Source: a virus
Taxonomy: Duplodnaviria; Heunggongvirae; Uroviricota; Caudoviricetes
Reading direction: 5' to 3' (one strand)
Length of the DNA stretch: 64,000 bases
Virus record (IMG/VR): IMGVR_UViG_3300032318_002198
Positions within the stretch are counted from its first letter, which is position 1, and the number at the start of each line of letters is the position of its first letter. A program made the translations under genes and the position numbers. Under the pieces are notes generated by a model. That model was not told the DNA's origin. It was given only the letters and a program-made list of their open reading frames with translations, and made no database searches. Positions 48,982 through 56,727 of this stretch are shown here, one piece after another.

Positions 48982-49058
48982 GTCCCGTTCGTCTAGATGG
49001 CTTAGGACCCCCGCCTTTCACGCGGACAACACCGGTTCGAATCCGGTACGGGATGCCA
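48982..49058 (+). tRNA. tRNA-Glu(TTC)
   Basis: CCGC-CTTTCAC-GCGG, GCCA. Confidence 0.92.
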
Positions 49059-49064
49059 ATTTTT

Positions 49065-49127
49065 AGGATGCTTCCAGCAAATTATGCAATTGCCTTCTAA
49101 GCAAACCAAGCAAAAAAGCATCCTGTT
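49065..49127 (+). ncRNA. CAGCAA anticodon-stem-loop RNA, copy 3 (loop CT-TCT-AA)
   Basis: AGGATGCT/AGCATCCT, TCCAGCAA, TTGC/GCAA hairpin. Confidence 0.65.
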
Positions 49128-49136
49128 TTATAATAT

Positions 49137-49212
49137 ACCCGCGTAACTCAGCGATTAGAGTAATCGGTTGATAACCGATAAGTCGTTGGTTTGAATCCAA
49201 CCGTGGGTACCA
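49137..49212 (+). tRNA. tRNA-Ile(GAT)
   Basis: ATCGG-TTGATAA-CCGAT, ACCA. Confidence 0.9.
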
Positions 49213-49234
49213 AGTTTTATCCCACTATAGCTCC

Positions 49235-49486
49235 AATTCAAAACAAAGAAGATTTTGCCCTGAACATAGACCAAAAAGTATTGCCCCAAAGACAACAATG
49301 TCAAAAGGTAGTCCGTCTGCGCTAAAGTTAGCTGCATATTGTAAAGCAAGAACAACAGAAGAACATCCGCAGTACGGAAAGCGGTGGATAAATGACGGAA
49401 CGACAAACAAAATGATACTAAAAGACCAAGTTGATGTATTCCTTGGCAATGGATGGAATAAAGGAAAAATACCCCGACTAAGCTAA
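49235..49486 (+). pseudogene. C-terminal remnant of a homing endonuclease running into tRNA-Phe
   Basis: HPQYGKRWINDGTTNKMI...GWNKGK matches the C-termini of the 44108 and 11259 endonucleases. Confidence 0.65.
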
Positions 49487-49548
49487 CCTGGTGGAAGCAT
49501 GTGCCTGAAGAGCACGGGGGCTTGGATCGTAACCAAGAGTCGGGACCA
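49473..49548 (+). tRNA. tRNA-Phe(GAA)
   Basis: TGTGC-CTGAAGA-GCACG, ACCA. Confidence 0.85.
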
Positions 49549-49554
49549 TATATT

Positions 49555-49629
49555 AGGACTATGGCGTAGAGGTAGCGCAGCGGACTTTTAATCCGTTAGG
49601 CCCGGGTTCGATCCCCGGTGGTCCTACCA
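49555..49629 (+). tRNA. tRNA-Lys(TTT)
   Basis: GCGGA-CTTTTAA-TCCGT, ACCA. Confidence 0.92.
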
Positions 49630-49647
49630 TATATAATAAATAAAGTT

Positions 49648-50106
49648 ATGAGAGTACGTGAATTTATTGTTGAATTAGCAGACAAGCCTGCTCAATTTGA
49701 ATGGGCATGTCGAACACCTGATGTATGTGTAGCAGAATCGCCGGAGTTGAATTTAACTTTATATATCAACAGGGGTATAAGTCGTGAGCAAAAAGACAAT
49801 GCGATATTTATAGATTTTACTGTAAACGATGAACACAAACTAACCGGCAAAGGTAATGCTATACAAATACTATCAACAGTGTTAGCTATGATGAGTGCAA
49901 TATTACCTAAATTTATAAAAAGAACCGATGATTTTGTCACGTTTGCTGCTGAAAAATCTGAGCACAGTAGAGTAAGTTTATATAGTAGAGCAGTTCCAAA
50001 AATTACAAGTATATTAAAAACAATAGATTATGCTTGGAAATATTATCCAACATATGAACCCAACAGTGGACTACAAAAATACACTTGGGAACGAGAGATG
50101 GGTTAA
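49648..50106 (+). CDS. hypothetical late protein, MRxREF family
   Basis: MRVREFIVE start after TAAATA. Confidence 0.65.
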   Translation: MRVREFIVELADKPAQFEWACRTPDVCVAESPELNLTLYINRGISREQKDNAIFIDFTVNDEHKLTGKGNAIQILSTVLAMMSAILPKFIKRTDDFVTFAAEKSEHSRVSLYSRAVPKITSILKTIDYAWKYYPTYEPNSGLQKYTWEREMG

Positions 50107-50114
50107 GACCTACC

Positions 50115-50193
50115 ATATAAAAACACATTCTAACTAATAAGGGTTGTAAACCTGGGTTAGCTAACAGCTAGCACCCTGAGTGTGTTTCTATAT
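50115..50193 (+). ncRNA. CACATT/AGTGTG stem RNA family, copy 4
   Basis: ATATAAAAACACATT...AGTGTGTTTCTATAT. Confidence 0.6.
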
Positions 50194-50270
50194 GGTCAAG
50201 TATCTTAAGAGGAAGTAGAGCCTCCCTCATAAGGAGGAATGTGGAGCTTCGAGTGCTCTCTTGACCACCA
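50194..50270 (+). tRNA. tRNA-Met(CAT), elongator type
   Basis: CCTCC-CTCATAA-GGAGG, ACCA. Confidence 0.8.
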
Positions 50271-50279
50271 ATCAAATAT

Positions 50280-50356
50280 GCCCCAGTAACCGAATTGGTA
50301 TAGGTACCAGCTTGAGGTGTTGGGTTTTGTGGGTTCGAGTCCCACCTGGGGCACCA
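50280..50356 (+). tRNA. tRNA-Leu(GAG), short variable arm
   Basis: CCAGC-TTGAGGT-GTTGG, ACCA. Confidence 0.85.
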
Positions 50357-50399
50357 AGACTGTTTAGGTGTGGCCTTAGTGTACTGTTGTGATAATAGG

Positions 50400-50474
50400 G
50401 GTGTCTATAGTGTAAAATTGGCACACAACTCTGTGAAAGTTGTAGTCTGAGTGAGACTTCTCAGTAGACACCCC
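50400..50474 (+). tRNA. tRNA-His(GTG)
   Basis: G-1, CAACT-CTGTGAA-AGTTG, C73. Confidence 0.8.
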
Positions 50475-50543
50475 TATTCTCATATTCGTCCACGAGCTTA
50501 ACTAATTCTAAATAAGTTATTGATGATTTAGTCAGTTTTTATT

Positions 50544-50665
50544 GCCGCTGTAGTGTAATGGTTAGCACCTTAAGAAGGCTATCCTGTTTTAGGATACATA
50601 CAGCAAAATTTTTCAATTCCTCTGTTAAAGGAAGAGACTGGGTTCGAATCCCAGCAGCGGCGCCA
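50544..50665 (+). tRNA. tRNA-Asn(GTT) with 47-nt insertion between D-arm and anticodon arm
   Basis: GCCGCTG/CAGCGGC, TTCCT-CTGTTAA-AGGAA; insert 50569-50615 contains ATCCTGTT-TT-AGGATACATACAGCAA. Confidence 0.75.
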
Positions 50666-50672
50666 AACATTT

Positions 50673-50776
50673 AGGATGATTTCAGCAAACAACTTATCGT
50701 CGCCAAAATCTGACGAGCCGACCCGTTTGGGGGTGTGTCGTGGGTTCGAGTCCCGGCTTAGACACAGCATCCTGTT
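50673..50776 (+). ncRNA. CAGCAA RNA family, long copy containing a T-arm
   Basis: AGGATG/CATCCT-GTT, TTCAGCAA, internal GGG-TTCGAGT-CCC. Confidence 0.6.
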
Positions 50777-50779
50777 AAT

Positions 50780-50855
50780 GTCTCCTTGGTGAAATTGGAT
50801 ATCATCAGAGTCTACGAAACTCTAGTTCTAGGTTCGATCCCTAGGGGAGACGCCA
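50780..50855 (+). tRNA. tRNA-Arg(ACG)
   Basis: AGAGT-CTACGAA-ACTCT. Confidence 0.92.
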
Positions 50856-50862
50856 ATATATT

Positions 50863-50939
50863 CGATCCTTAGCTCAATGGATTAGAGTGTCTGAATTCGA
50901 ATCAGAGGGTTGGGAGTTCGAGTCTCTCAGGATCGACCA
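50863..50939 (+). tRNA. tRNA-Arg(TCG)
   Basis: TCTGA-ATTCGAA-TCAGA. Confidence 0.85.
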
Positions 50940-50945
50940 ATCATA

Positions 50946-51021
50946 CTCTCTATAGTTCAACAGGATAGAACACATTCCTCCTAAGAATAAGGTCCCTGTT
51001 CGAGTCGGGGTAGAGAGACCA
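50946..51021 (+). tRNA. tRNA-Arg(CCT)
   Basis: ATTC-CTCCTAA-GAAT. Confidence 0.88.
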
Positions 51022-51030
51022 AGTAAGCGG

Positions 51031-51693
51031 CTAGGTTGAATTTGCTTTGAATTTTAGATATTCAGCTGCCGATCTAGGATCTTTCATTATATATGGTTCA
51101 GCTTCAGGCCATGGTCTTTTGAGAACAAGGAGAGCATACCTATATGCCATGTAAGAATCTTTCATTATAACCGGTTCAGCTTCAGGCCATGGTCTTTTGA
51201 GAACATCGAGGGCATAATAATATGCCCATTTAGGATCTTTCATTATATATGGTTCTGCTTCGGGCCAACCCTTGGGTTTGAACCTAAGGGCATACCTAAA
51301 TGCCCATGCCGGATCTTTCATTATAACTGGTTCAGCTTCAGGCCATGGTCTTCGGAGAATATAGTAGGCATAATAATATGCCCATTTAGGATCTTTCATT
51401 ATAACTGGTTCAGCTTCAGGCCATGGTCTTTTGAGAACATATAGAGCATAATAATATGCCCAGTCAGGATCTTTCATTATAACCGGTTCAGCTTCAGGCC
51501 ATGGTCTTTTGAGAACATATAGAGCATATTGATATGCCCAGTCAGGATCTTTCATTATAACCGGTTCTAATTGTTTTCTTAATTTAGGTTTTTTCCTAGC
51601 CAATCCGTATGCCAGTTCAGGTATACGATAATTGGCAGTATCATAACCAAACAATTGCTCTGGATTTGAATGTAACGTGTATAGGTTTTTCAT
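51031..51693 (-). CDS. 23-aa tandem-repeat protein, long allele (about 7 repeats, 69-bp DNA repeat)
   Basis: PVIMKDPDWAYxYALYVLKRPWPEAE repeated. Confidence 0.85.
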   Translation of the reverse strand: MKNLYTLHSNPEQLFGYDTANYRIPELAYGLARKKPKLRKQLEPVIMKDPDWAYQYALYVLKRPWPEAEPVIMKDPDWAYYYALYVLKRPWPEAEPVIMKDPKWAYYYAYYILRRPWPEAEPVIMKDPAWAFRYALRFKPKGWPEAEPYIMKDPKWAYYYALDVLKRPWPEAEPVIMKDSYMAYRYALLVLKRPWPEAEPYIMKDPRSAAEYLKFKANST

Positions 51694-51770
51694 TTAAAAT
51701 TTGCTTTGAATTTATAATATTTATTGTTTATTTTTAATAAATAATTTATATCAGTTTATATAGGAAAAAT

Positions 51771-52562
51771 ATGAGATTTCGTGAAATTGTTACTTCGTTG
51801 ATGGAAAATAAACAACAGTGGGTTATAACTAATCTGGGCCAAAAGTTGCAGAAAACTGCCGAGGAAGAAAAACGTCAAGGTTTATATCAAGGTGAAACTG
51901 ACCCTACAACCATTGTGAATACTCTCAGCACATTTGACCCGGAACGAGGAAAAAATTTACCCTGGATCGCTAGACTATATAATGCAAAACAATTCAGGTT
52001 GCACGATCAAGAACAGATCCTGGATCTTATAAGAGATTTCATTCGATATAAACCTAGACTACAAATAAAAGATTTGAATTCTTATTCAACCTTGGATCAA
52101 TTATATACAGCTATCGAACCGTTAAAAGATGATGACCCTGACTTGTTATTAACCAAAGGTGATAAAGAAAGAATGATCGGTTCGGAGGAATTAAATATTG
52201 ATAGAAGGCCATTTGAAGCAACAAGACAATTTTATTCTCCGGGCAAGTTTGCTATAGTAATTCCAAAAACTTTAGAATCCTCTCAATTCTATGCTAAGGA
52301 CACCAAATGGTGTACTAGGTTTCCGGACAATTTTAAAAGTTACTCATCAAAAGGTCCATTGTATATTATAATGGCAAATATCGGCGGAAAATTAGCGAGA
52401 TATCAATTCCATCCAGAAACCAATGAATGGAAGACATTGAATAATTCCGATATCACTAATCGTGATATAACCGCTCTTTCTACATTTCCAGAATATACAC
52501 AGTTTTTAAATATGTTAATTAAGAAATATTACGGAAAATATTTCGACGAAGCAAACACATAG
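51771..52562 (+). CDS. hypothetical late protein, MRxRE family, PcfJ-like motif
   Basis: MRFREIVTSLME; KWCTR...YSSKGPLY. Confidence 0.65.
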   Translation: MRFREIVTSLMENKQQWVITNLGQKLQKTAEEEKRQGLYQGETDPTTIVNTLSTFDPERGKNLPWIARLYNAKQFRLHDQEQILDLIRDFIRYKPRLQIKDLNSYSTLDQLYTAIEPLKDDDPDLLLTKGDKERMIGSEELNIDRRPFEATRQFYSPGKFAIVIPKTLESSQFYAKDTKWCTRFPDNFKSYSSKGPLYIIMANIGGKLARYQFHPETNEWKTLNNSDITNRDITALSTFPEYTQFLNMLIKKYYGKYFDEANT

Positions 52563-52570
52563 GATATTAT

Positions 52571-52978
52571 ATGAACATCAACGATGCTGTAAAATACGTC
52601 AGAGAAAGATTTGAGTTTCGTTCAGACCCAAGGTTTTTAGACTATTGGTCTGTAATGAAAGAAGTCGACGGAAAAATGCGCGGCGACTGTGACGATTTTG
52701 CATTAACTTCGATATGGAAAATATGTGATGAAAGTATATTAAAATTCATATGGAATGTAATAATTTTACATAGATATAGAATTTATTTTGCATATACACC
52801 ATTGGGTGAAAAACATGCAGTCGGATATGCCGATGGATTATATTTCGACAATTGGTCTAGATTTCCATGGCCCAAAGAAGATTTTTTAAGAATAACTAAA
52901 CATCGTTTGTATTTCTTTTTTCCAGGCCCAATTATAATTTTTCCAATTCTATTGGGATTATTAATTCGAAATCGTTAG
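52571..52978 (+). CDS. transglutaminase-like cysteine protease fold protein
   Basis: GDCDDFA...HAV...FDN triad pattern. Confidence 0.6.
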   Translation: MNINDAVKYVRERFEFRSDPRFLDYWSVMKEVDGKMRGDCDDFALTSIWKICDESILKFIWNVIILHRYRIYFAYTPLGEKHAVGYADGLYFDNWSRFPWPKEDFLRITKHRLYFFFPGPIIIFPILLGLLIRNR

Positions 52979-52981
52979 TAC

Positions 52982-53059
52982 GGATCAGTGAAGGGAATTG
53001 GTATACCTACGATACTCAAAATATCGTGTTTCCCGGTTCGAGTCCGGGCTGATCTACCA
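52982..53059 (+). tRNA. tRNA-Leu(CAA), short variable arm
   Basis: CGATA-CTCAAAA-TATCG. Confidence 0.88.
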
Positions 53060-53061
53060 AA

Positions 53062-53134
53062 TCTCCTATAAGTAAGTGGTATACTAACACTCTGGTACAG
53101 TGTAATCACAAGTTCGATTCTTGTTAGGAGAACC
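53062..53134 (+). tRNA. tRNA-Thr(GGT)
   Basis: ACACT-CTGGTAC-AGTGT. Confidence 0.82.
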
Positions 53135-53197
53135 GAAAAACACTTGACATTAATTTATTATTGCTATATAATAATAACATATTAATTTAATAAGGAT

Positions 53198-53480
53198 TGC
53201 GTGGGAAGCTTAAGTGGTTATAAGCACTGGTCTCATTCTTAAGAGTGCATCAGATGTAGAAATACGCTGTATGAATGGTGTCAAATTCGGTGAAACCTAA
53301 AGTAGAAATACTATGGCAATGCCGAGCCAAGCCTCAGTAGAAATACTGTTGAAGGTGTAGAGACTAGACGGCACCCCCCTAAGGTAGAAATACTACGGAG
53401 AAGGCATAGTCCAAGGAGTAAGGAAACTTACACAAACTTGAAACCAGAGACAGCGGGTTCAAATCCCGCACCACGCACCA
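53198..53480 (+). tRNA. tRNA-CAT (probably Ile2) split by a group I intron; exons 53198-53236 and 53441-53480
   Basis: Joined exons give TGCGTGG/CCACGCA and CTGGT-CTCATAA-ACCAG. Confidence 0.88.
53237..53440 (+). ncRNA. group I self-splicing intron (IC3-like, 204 nt, no ORF)
   Basis: P1 CAT/GTG with U-G at the splice site; P AAATTCGGTGAA, Q AATGCCGAGCCAAG, R GTAGAGACTAGACGG, S GGCATAGTCC; terminal G; GAAA tetraloops. Confidence 0.9.
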
Positions 53481-53487
53481 ACTAATT

Positions 53488-54114
53488 ATGTCTAAATGGA
53501 ACTACACTGAATCTGTTCCTGACACACTCTACGTTGCCTGTTCTGGTGGTGTAGATAGTGTTGCCGCAGCAGCAATTCTCGGTGAATGGCGTGATGTAAC
53601 TCTGTTGCATTTTAGTCACACTGATCACGCTCATGTTCAAGAACTCGAAACAGTGAGTGAATTGGCATTTCAATTGAAAGTGCCTTTAATCACCAGTTAT
53701 CAAACTCAGGCTCAAACTACAGGGAATAAAGAAGCACAATGGCGCGATGCTAGATATGCGTGGTTTCATAGTTTAGATCTACCGGTAGCAACTGGCCATA
53801 CTCTCGAAGATTGCGTTGAGTGGTATCTAATGACTTGTTTGCGAGGACGTGGGGAGTATATGCCACATCGTAATCGTAATGTGTTTCGTCCATTCTTACT
53901 TACTGAAAAGTATCATTTGTACAAATATTGTAAACATAGAAATTTGACTTGGTGGGAAGATCCTGGAAATTATAGTTCAGAATTTAGCCTACGCAGTCGT
54001 GTTAGACAAAATTTGGTTCCGGCAGCACTTGAGTGTGAGCCAGGATTGAAAAATATGGTCAAGCGTAAATTAGTTGAGAAAATTAGTAGAGATAAAATGC
54101 TAGTTGACAATTAA
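53488..54114 (+). CDS. tilS: tRNA(Ile)-lysidine synthetase (N-terminal catalytic domain only)
   Basis: SGGVDS PP-loop, RDARY, TGHTLED, RPFL, WWEDPGN, RSRVRQ. Confidence 0.88.
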   Translation: MSKWNYTESVPDTLYVACSGGVDSVAAAAILGEWRDVTLLHFSHTDHAHVQELETVSELAFQLKVPLITSYQTQAQTTGNKEAQWRDARYAWFHSLDLPVATGHTLEDCVEWYLMTCLRGRGEYMPHRNRNVFRPFLLTEKYHLYKYCKHRNLTWWEDPGNYSSEFSLRSRVRQNLVPAALECEPGLKNMVKRKLVEKISRDKMLVDN

Positions 54115-54183
54115 CGCAAACAGCCATATAATAGCATACATTAAGCAATTAACATAGTTCTTTAAAATAGTTAGACAATATTT

Positions 54184-54275
54184 GCCCCGATGGTGAAATT
54201 TGGTAGACACAAGGGACTTAAAATCCCTCGCTTTCCGAAAGGAGCGTGCCGGTTCGAGTCCGGCTCGGGGCACCA
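54184..54275 (+). tRNA. tRNA-Leu(TAA)
   Basis: AGGGA-CTTAAAA-TCCCT, long variable arm. Confidence 0.95.
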
Positions 54276-54363
54276 TATTTTAGCAGTTCGCCTCGACCTG
54301 CCTGGCCAGCATAAGGAAGAATAAGCACGGATAAGGAATCGGCCCGTGCCTGCTAAAATATGG
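54273..54363 (+). ncRNA. unidentified stem-closed RNA
   Basis: CCATATTTTAGCAG/CTGCTAAAATATGG 14-bp closing stem. Confidence 0.5.
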
Positions 54364-54374
54364 TAAAGACATAA

Positions 54375-54528
54375 ACATCAGTAGTATATTTGTTAGTTCA
54401 ATATTTGGAACACTTAGTAGGAAAGCCTGGACATTTGAAACTAGGATAACGACCTAGAAGTAGTCGCAGTGTAGCAAGTACGAACAGAGGATTAAAGGTG
54501 TAAATCCCTTACAGATATACTACTAATG
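54375..54528 (+). ncRNA. unidentified stem-closed RNA
   Basis: CATCAGTAGTATATTTG/CAGATATACTACTAATG closing stem with inner hairpins. Confidence 0.5.
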
Positions 54529-54545
54529 GATATGGTAAAGAATTT

Positions 54546-54640
54546 GGGTGTATTGGCAGAAATAGGTTATGCATCTCGGAGTACACAGTGATCAACAGTC
54601 GAACGAGAAGATCCGGGTGTGAATCCTGGGGCATCCACCA
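54546..54640 (+). tRNA. tRNA-like RNA with 25-nt anticodon loop
   Basis: D-arm, TCTCG/CGAGA stem enclosing 25 nt, T-arm, ATCCACCA end. Confidence 0.55.
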
Positions 54641-54809
54641 AGTTTGCATTGTATTTTAAGAACTAAGATAGCGACGAGTATGGTACGTAACAGAAACATC
54701 GCCGTAAGTCAGGGACTGGTAGGTTATGCAACCCTGTAAATCAGCCTACTTGAAATACTACGATAATTTTGTTGCGGGAACTTAGAGAACATTAAAATAA
54801 GGACAATTT

Positions 54810-54941
54810 ATGGACGACTTTGGTAACGATATCATGATTCCGTATACTCCAAAAAAAGGACTGTGTAATCCACCTATCTTCAATTGGACGGCGTATGTTT
54901 ACTACTTTCGCCCGGACCTAGTAAGAATTCAATGGGATTAA
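54810..54941 (+). CDS. small hypothetical protein (43 aa)
   Basis: AAGGA RBS; MDDFGNDIMIPYTPKKGLCNPP... Confidence 0.5.
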   Translation: MDDFGNDIMIPYTPKKGLCNPPIFNWTAYVYYFRPDLVRIQWD

Positions 54942-55019
54942 AGGTACAATATGCGGTAAGCGTATGAAGCGAGAAACTTGGTAAGAGTGTAAGCGACTTG
55001 AAATAACAAGGTGCCTACC

Positions 55020-55115
55020 ATATTTCAGCACATTAACTGGCCACTAGGTAATAGTCAACATGAAGCCGAGCAAGGATGCAGAGTCTCGGATTAAAGACTA
55101 AGTGTTCTGAAATAT
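55020..55115 (+). ncRNA. CACATT/AGTG stem RNA family, copy 5
   Basis: ATATTTCAGCACATT...AAGTGTTCTGAAATAT. Confidence 0.55.
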
Positions 55116-55121
55116 AGTTTT

Positions 55122-55357
55122 CATTAGTTATATAATTCAGGAAAATGGCTGTGTCCACCAGCCTAGTACCTAATGGCATTCAGGGGAGAGCCGGCAAATG
55201 CTACTGTTATAAATAGTAGACTAACCTGAAGCATTATGATAAGATACAACGAATCGTGGGAGTCGCGTCCTGGGCAATAAGTGTATCCGAGAAGAAATTT
55301 ATTCTGGTAAACGGTAGTAGGTCTATTACTATCCATAACTGAATTGTATAACTAATG
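55122..55357 (+). ncRNA. unidentified ~235-nt structured RNA
   Basis: 19-bp closing stem CATTAGTTATATAATTCAG/CTGAATTGTATAACTAATG with G-U pairs. Confidence 0.55.
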
Positions 55358-55389
55358 AGGATTTAAAGAGAGATATTTTTAGATTTATT

Positions 55390-55474
55390 GCCCTCTTGGC
55401 GGAATTGGTAGACGCACCAGGTTTAGGTCCTGGCGCCGAAAGGTGTGAGAGTTCGAGTCTCTTGGAGGGCACCA
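55390..55474 (+). tRNA. tRNA-Leu(TAG)
   Basis: CCAGG-TTTAGGT-CCTGG, long variable arm. Confidence 0.95.
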
Positions 55475-55564
55475 TATTAAAACACATTGAGTCGCGCTTA
55501 GGCGGGTGGAAGACTGGTGAACTTCCTCTAAACGGAATCCCAACCTACCAGTGTGTTTCAATAT
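55474..55564 (+). ncRNA. CACATT/AGTGTG stem RNA family, copy 6
   Basis: ATATTAAAACACATT...AGTGTGTTTCAATAT. Confidence 0.6.
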
Positions 55565-55640
55565 GGGGATGGGAATGCAAGAGTGTTCACCTGTTTTGCA
55601 AGCAGGAATCAGATCGGGGCGGTACCGATATTCTCCACCA
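55565..55640 (+). tRNA. tRNA-Ala(TGC)
   Basis: CCTGT-TTTGCAA-GCAGG, G3:U70. Confidence 0.82.
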
Positions 55641-55696
55641 TGTGATACTGTTAATCAATAAAAGATAAATACTTTTATACGTATGATTAACAGCAA

Positions 55697-56332
55697 ATGA
55701 ATTATCAAAAAATTTATAACAATCTAATAGAACGTGCTAAAAATAGAGTCATTTTAGGATATTATGAGAAACATCATATTATTCCACGATGTATAGGGGG
55801 TAGCGATGATTCTAGTAATTTAATTAAATTAACTCCAGAAGAGCATTATATTGCTCATCAACTTTTAGTAAAGATTTATCCAAACAATCATGCCTTGGCA
55901 AAAGCAGCAGCAATGATGATTCCTGATAGACCAACAAATAAAATGTACGGGTGGATAAGGAAACGATTTTCTATTGCTAAATCTATTGAACAATCCGGAT
56001 CTGGAAATTCTCAGTTTGGATCAAAATGGGCGCATAATCCTTTAACTAAAGAAAATAAAAAAATTAAAGGAAACTTAGCTGAAGGGTGGATATACGGAAA
56101 GTATAAAGACCCGCTATTAAAAATAGATAAAATGTCTGTTCTAAAAGAAAAAAGAAAAGAAAATAGAAAAAAACAAATTGACATTTATAGAGAATACTAT
56201 AAAATATATAAAGAAGTAGAATTTGATAAATTTATAGAAATAACAGGGTATAAAAATTCTAAACAGAATTTGGTTCAACGTTTTGCTGTTCTGTTAGAAG
56301 AGTTTATACCTCAAAACGGTAAAAAAAGATAA
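55697..56332 (+). CDS. HNH homing endonuclease (paralogue of 5600)
   Basis: EKHHIIPRCIGGSDD..NLIKLTPEEHYIAHQLL; upstream hairpin CTGTTAATCA/TGATTAACAG. Confidence 0.88.
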   Translation: MNYQKIYNNLIERAKNRVILGYYEKHHIIPRCIGGSDDSSNLIKLTPEEHYIAHQLLVKIYPNNHALAKAAAMMIPDRPTNKMYGWIRKRFSIAKSIEQSGSGNSQFGSKWAHNPLTKENKKIKGNLAEGWIYGKYKDPLLKIDKMSVLKEKRKENRKKQIDIYREYYKIYKEVEFDKFIEITGYKNSKQNLVQRFAVLLEEFIPQNGKKR

Positions 56333-56337
56333 TCAAT

Positions 56338-56422
56338 TCCGCGGTACTCAAGTGGTACGAGGCCTGGCTGTTAACCAGAGACGCCGAAAGGCACGTAGGT
56401 TCGATCCCTACCCGCGGAGCCA
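56338..56422 (+). tRNA. tRNA-Asn(GTT) with long variable arm
   Basis: CTGG-CTGTTAA-CCAG; variable hairpin GCC-GAAA-GGC. Confidence 0.85.
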
Positions 56423-56448
56423 AAATATAACTTCTAACCGTCATTAAT

Positions 56449-56520
56449 ACCCCCGCCAATGGATTGGCAGCAGGCCTTCTAAGCCAGTTTGTGTGGGTTC
56501 GAATCCTACCGGGGGTGCCA
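56449..56520 (+). tRNA. tRNA-Arg(TCT)
   Basis: GGC-CTTCTAA-GCC, GCCA. Confidence 0.85.
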
Positions 56521-56571
56521 AATCTCAGGCCTTTGTTGACGGCCTCAATGTGATAAATTGTCAACAACCTT

Positions 56572-56648
56572 AGGTCTTTAGATTAGAGGCTAAATCATCT
56601 CTGTGACATAGAGAAGACCGTTTGGTTCGATTCCAACAAGACCTACCA
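56572..56648 (+). tRNA. tRNA-Val(GAC)
   Basis: TCTCT-GTGACAT-AGAGA, ACCA. Confidence 0.8.
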
Positions 56649-56727
56649 AATATTATATCTTCTTGGTTAAATCGAATATCACAAGTTTGATTCTTTTTAA
56701 GATCGTCAAAATACTAAATATTGTATT

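Noticed and set aside
51031-51693. 69-bp direct repeats as a CRISPR array or DGR template/variable pair
   Set aside because: Repeats are contiguous in-frame coding units without unique spacers. No cas or reverse transcriptase gene is in the window, and differences are not confined to adenines.
53256-53393. Four GTAGAAATAC repeats as an independent repeat element
   Set aside because: They are GAAA-tetraloop caps of peripheral helices of the group I intron.
56655-56712. Additional tRNA after Val(GAC)
   Set aside because: Only weak D-loop and T-loop-like traces; no anticodon arm or CCA.
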